A stretch of DNA of 64,000 bases, taken from the NCBI RefSeq assembly GCF_963921235.1, contig NC_086097.1:210926001-210990000 (forward strand). Reading direction: 5' to 3'. The notes under the pieces are model-generated. The model did not search any database and was not told the origin of the DNA. It worked only from the letters and a program-made list of their open reading frames with translations. Both the position numbers and the translations under genes were made by a program. Each line of letters starts with the position of its first letter. Positions within the stretch are counted from its first letter, which is position 1. Below are positions 60,519-64,000 of this stretch, piece by piece. Origin of the DNA: Mobula hypostoma. Lineage: Eukaryota.

Positions 60519-63500
60519 CTCTCCTAGGTATGAGGATAAACTACATCTGGCTGTGGAGAATTTGCATTGGGTAATGAGGTTACCATTAACCACAGCTGCC
60601 TCCAGGTCACCCTTAGGCAAGGTGTAGCAGCTGTTAGCCTCCCTGCCTACAGTTACAGTGAAGCCACGGAATGCGGGTGGTGGATGAAGCAGAAGGCAAG
60701 TTGTGAGTAACACAATCGATTGTTCCTGCTTCTCAGACGCTGAGCAGTAGATCCTTTTGATAGGACAACGTTCAGGGTCACCCATCTTGTAAAGACACTG
60801 CATCAGAAGCGAGGGGAAGCTACTTCTTGTATTTTATCCCTAGTACCACCATGGTTAATACATACACAAATGTAAAAGACAAAAGCATAAATGGCAACCC
60901 ATTTCCAAATAGTGCAGACACCTCGCTCGGTACGGGATATCATGTAAACAGACAGGTGAACCTGGATCGTCATACCACTACTGTCTGCAAGAACAAGAGA
61001 TTGCGAATTGCCACTTGGAACGTTCGAAACCTGCACCAAGCTGGTAAGCTAGAAAACATAAAATTAGAGATGAAGAGGCTGGAAGTCAGCATCCTAGGCC
61101 TAAGTGAAATAAGATGGAAAGGCACTGGAGTATTCCAATCAGATGACTACAGGATGATATACTCTGGTGGAGATAAACATGAAAAGGGTGTTGCAACCAT
61201 CTTAGACAAAGAAACATCCAAGAGCCTGCTCGGATACTGGCCTATCTCAGATGGAATGATGCTAATCAAACTAAAAGGACAACAAAACAACATCTGTATC
61301 GTCCAAGTATATGCACCCACAAGGGCAAGCTCAGAGGAGGAAATTGATGCCTCTGCCACTCCCTAGACAAAGCACTAGAAGAATGCAAATCACAAGAAGC
61401 AGAAGAATGCAAATCATGGGTGACTTCAATGCAAAAGTTGGTGAGGGAAGAGAAAACCATATTGTTGGAGACCAGGGATTGGGAGAAAGAAATGAAAGAG
61501 GAGAAAAGCTTATATCATGGTGTAAAACAAACAATCAGATAATCACCAACACTTGGTTTAAATAACATCCAAGAAGGAAATGGACACGGAGAAGCCCAGA
61601 TGGGAACAACAAAAATCAAATCGACTACATAACAATCAATAACAGATTCAAAAACTCGATAACTCAATCTAAAGCTACCCTGGAGCAGACAGTGGAAGCG
61701 ACCACATACCAGTCATTTGCAAATGAAAATAAAGATGAGAAAGTTAAAGAAAGCAAAAAGATCAGAACCACTGGATTATTAACTACAAAACAACCCTCAT
61801 CTGAAAACAGAATACACAATCAAGGTGCAAAACCATTTTCAATTGCTGCAGGATAGAGGTAAATCTTCCTGGGAGATACTGAAGGAATCCATGGTTGTAG
61901 CTGCAAAAGAAACCATCCCATGAAAAGAACGGAATAGTAAGAAGAAATGGATAACTGAAGATATAATACAATTGATGCAACAAAAACAGACCATCAAACT
62001 AAGAGACAGCGAAGAATACAAACAACTTGATAAGACAATAAAAAGAAAATGCAGAGAAGCTAAAGACAGATGGCTAAATGAGAAATGCTTAGAGATAGAA
62101 ATGCTACAAACCCATAACCCTGGAACAAAGTTGATGCACAATAAGAACTAATGGGGAAATTACCTTGCTCAGCAAGTGGATGCATCAAGGCAAAAGATGG
62201 CAGCTTAATTATGAACAAAGAGGAAATCCTAAACAGATGGACAGAATATATAAAAGAACTTTTTGAAGAGCAAAGAGAAGAAAAACCGAACATAAAGAAG
62301 AATCTTGAAGGACCTAGCATTCTAAAACCAGAAATTCGAGCAGCTGTAAATAAAACAAAACATAACAGAGCAACTGGTCCAGACAACATTGCTGTTGAAA
62401 TGATACTGGCCTTAGAAGATTTTGGAATAGAGAAAATAACAGAAATAGCAAATGAAATCTATGATCATGGGGAGATACCTAATGATTTAAGTAAATCAGT
62501 GTTCATCACACTTCCGAAGAAAGAGGGAGCAACAGAATGTGAGTTACATCATACAATAAGCCTAATGAGCCACGTGGCAAAAATTATTCTCAGGGTAATC
62601 ATGATGAGAGCAAGATGATGTATTAAAATCAGAAATCAGTACAGAACAATGCGTCTTTGTGGAAAACACTGAACCAGAAATGCAACTTTCACGCTACGGA
62701 TGATCTGTGAATGAGCCATCCAGGTACAAAAAGACATCTACCTATGTTTCGTTGACTATACAAAAGCTTTTAACACTGTCAGACAGCAAGATCTGGAAAT
62801 GCGTCAAGATCTTGACATAGATGGGAAAGATACACGTTTCTTAAGAAACTTATACTGGGACCAGACAGCATCCATCAGAATAGAAGTGAGTGAGTATGTG
62901 AATATCATGAGAGGAGTCAGGCAAGGTTGTGTCTTTTCACCAAACTTATTCAACCTGTATAGTGAAAATATCTTGAGAAATATCAAAGACATCAAAGGAT
63001 CCACAATTGGAGGCCATAATATAAGTAACATCAGATATGCTGATGACATCGTACTAATAGCTAACTCAGAAACAAAACTTCAAGAACTACTCACTATAGT
63101 GGCAGCAGAAAGTAATCGCAGAGGCCTCTCAATCAACACCAAGAAGACAGAGAGCATGGTCGTCTCCAGAAAGACAAACATCCCACAATGTGTGATCAAG
63201 ATCGGAAATACAAACATCAAACAAGTCAACAAATTCAAATATCTTGGCAGCCTAATAACAAGTAATGGCAGGTGTGACACAGATATCAAATACAGAATAG
63301 CAATGGTGAAAGAAGCTTTCCAAAAAATGAAGACCATATTAACAGACAGAAAGATGAGCATGTACACTAAAAACAGAATACTGCAGTGCAACATTTATTC
63401 TATCCTGACTTATGGAAGTGAATGCTGGACCATTTCTCCAGCAATGGAAAACATACTAGAAGCAGCTGAGTTATGGTTCTACAGGAGAATGTTAAAAATA

Positions 63501-63819
63501 TCATGGACCACGCACACATGAAATGAAGAAGTTATCAGAAGAGCCCAAGAAGTTCGATCACTCACACCAACAATAAGAAAAAGACAACTCAGATTCCTAG
63601 GACACATCATGTGGAAAGATGAACTAGAAAAACTCGTACTCTCTGGAAAGATTGAGGGGAGTAAACCTAAAGGAAGACCTCGACTTATGTACATCAGAAG
63701 CATAGCCAGGTGGCTACACATCGAGGAAATGGAAGTCATTCAAAAAATGAAGGATAGATCTATATGGAAAACTATGGTCACAAAAGTCCGCATCGGATAT
63801 GGTACCTAGACAGACAGAC
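60519..63819 (+). mobile_element. Full-length RTE-clade LINE (3.3 kb) with an inactivated single ORF
   Basis: APE motifs RIATWNVRNL...LGLSEIRW and GDFNAKVG, RT motifs GVRQGCVFSP and RYADD, C-terminal GRPR and an (AGAC)n tail. 11-bp TSD atatatgatat at 60508-60518 and 63820-63830. Many stops and frameshifts. Confidence 0.92.
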
Positions 63820-64000
63820 ATATATGATATAATATAAGATACTCACATAATGTCACAGACTTTTGCAGAACATCCAGAGCACAGTGGCTGACTTGGAAGG
63901 CTGATCATTAGATTATAGTGATTCTAGGTGGAGTGCATTGTTATTGCTTCTGTTATGATCTCCCCAAAATGGGAGTTTTAATAGTTGATCCTGAAGGTGT

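Noticed and set aside
60519..60640. Canonical HDV-like ribozyme call at the RTE 5' end
   Set aside because: I could not assign P1.1, L3 and J4/2 with a catalytic C. Reported only as a candidate structure.
1..64000. Prokaryotic systems (CRISPR arrays, retrons, DGRs, operons)
   Set aside because: No repeat-spacer arrays or gene-dense organisation. All RTs are vertebrate-type non-LTR elements.

Overview
Eukaryotic, AT-rich and repeat-dense DNA, most likely intronic or intergenic sequence from a cartilaginous fish (probably a ray or skate). The taxon is inferred from the repeat mix: many CR1 LINEs, HE1/V-type tRNA SINEs, a Deu-type SINE and Penelope-derived hairpins. Almost every long ORF in the track is a retrotransposon remnant or its antisense shadow. 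Retroelements: several CR1 families, one of them young with three near-identical copies (one has an uninterrupted 590-codon RT frame); Rex1/Babar LINE fragments; a full-length degenerate RTE with an 11-bp target-site duplication (TSD); Penelope GIY-YIG fragments; a HERO-like RLE fragment; a solo LTR with a 4-bp TSD; and SINEs. DNA transposons: Tc1/mariner, Chapaev3-like and Harbinger-like remnants. Many insertions are nested. One well-formed 231-bp minus-strand exon (45753-45983) and a few weaker candidates suggest a large host gene that I cannot name. The most interesting signals are a dispersed family of short, TSD-flanked, often fold-back elements built around Penelope-type minimal hammerhead ribozyme cores, and a compact three-way-junction RNA fold at the 5' end of the RTE. 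Family assignments come from recalled motifs, not database searches. Boundaries without a stated TSD are approximate.
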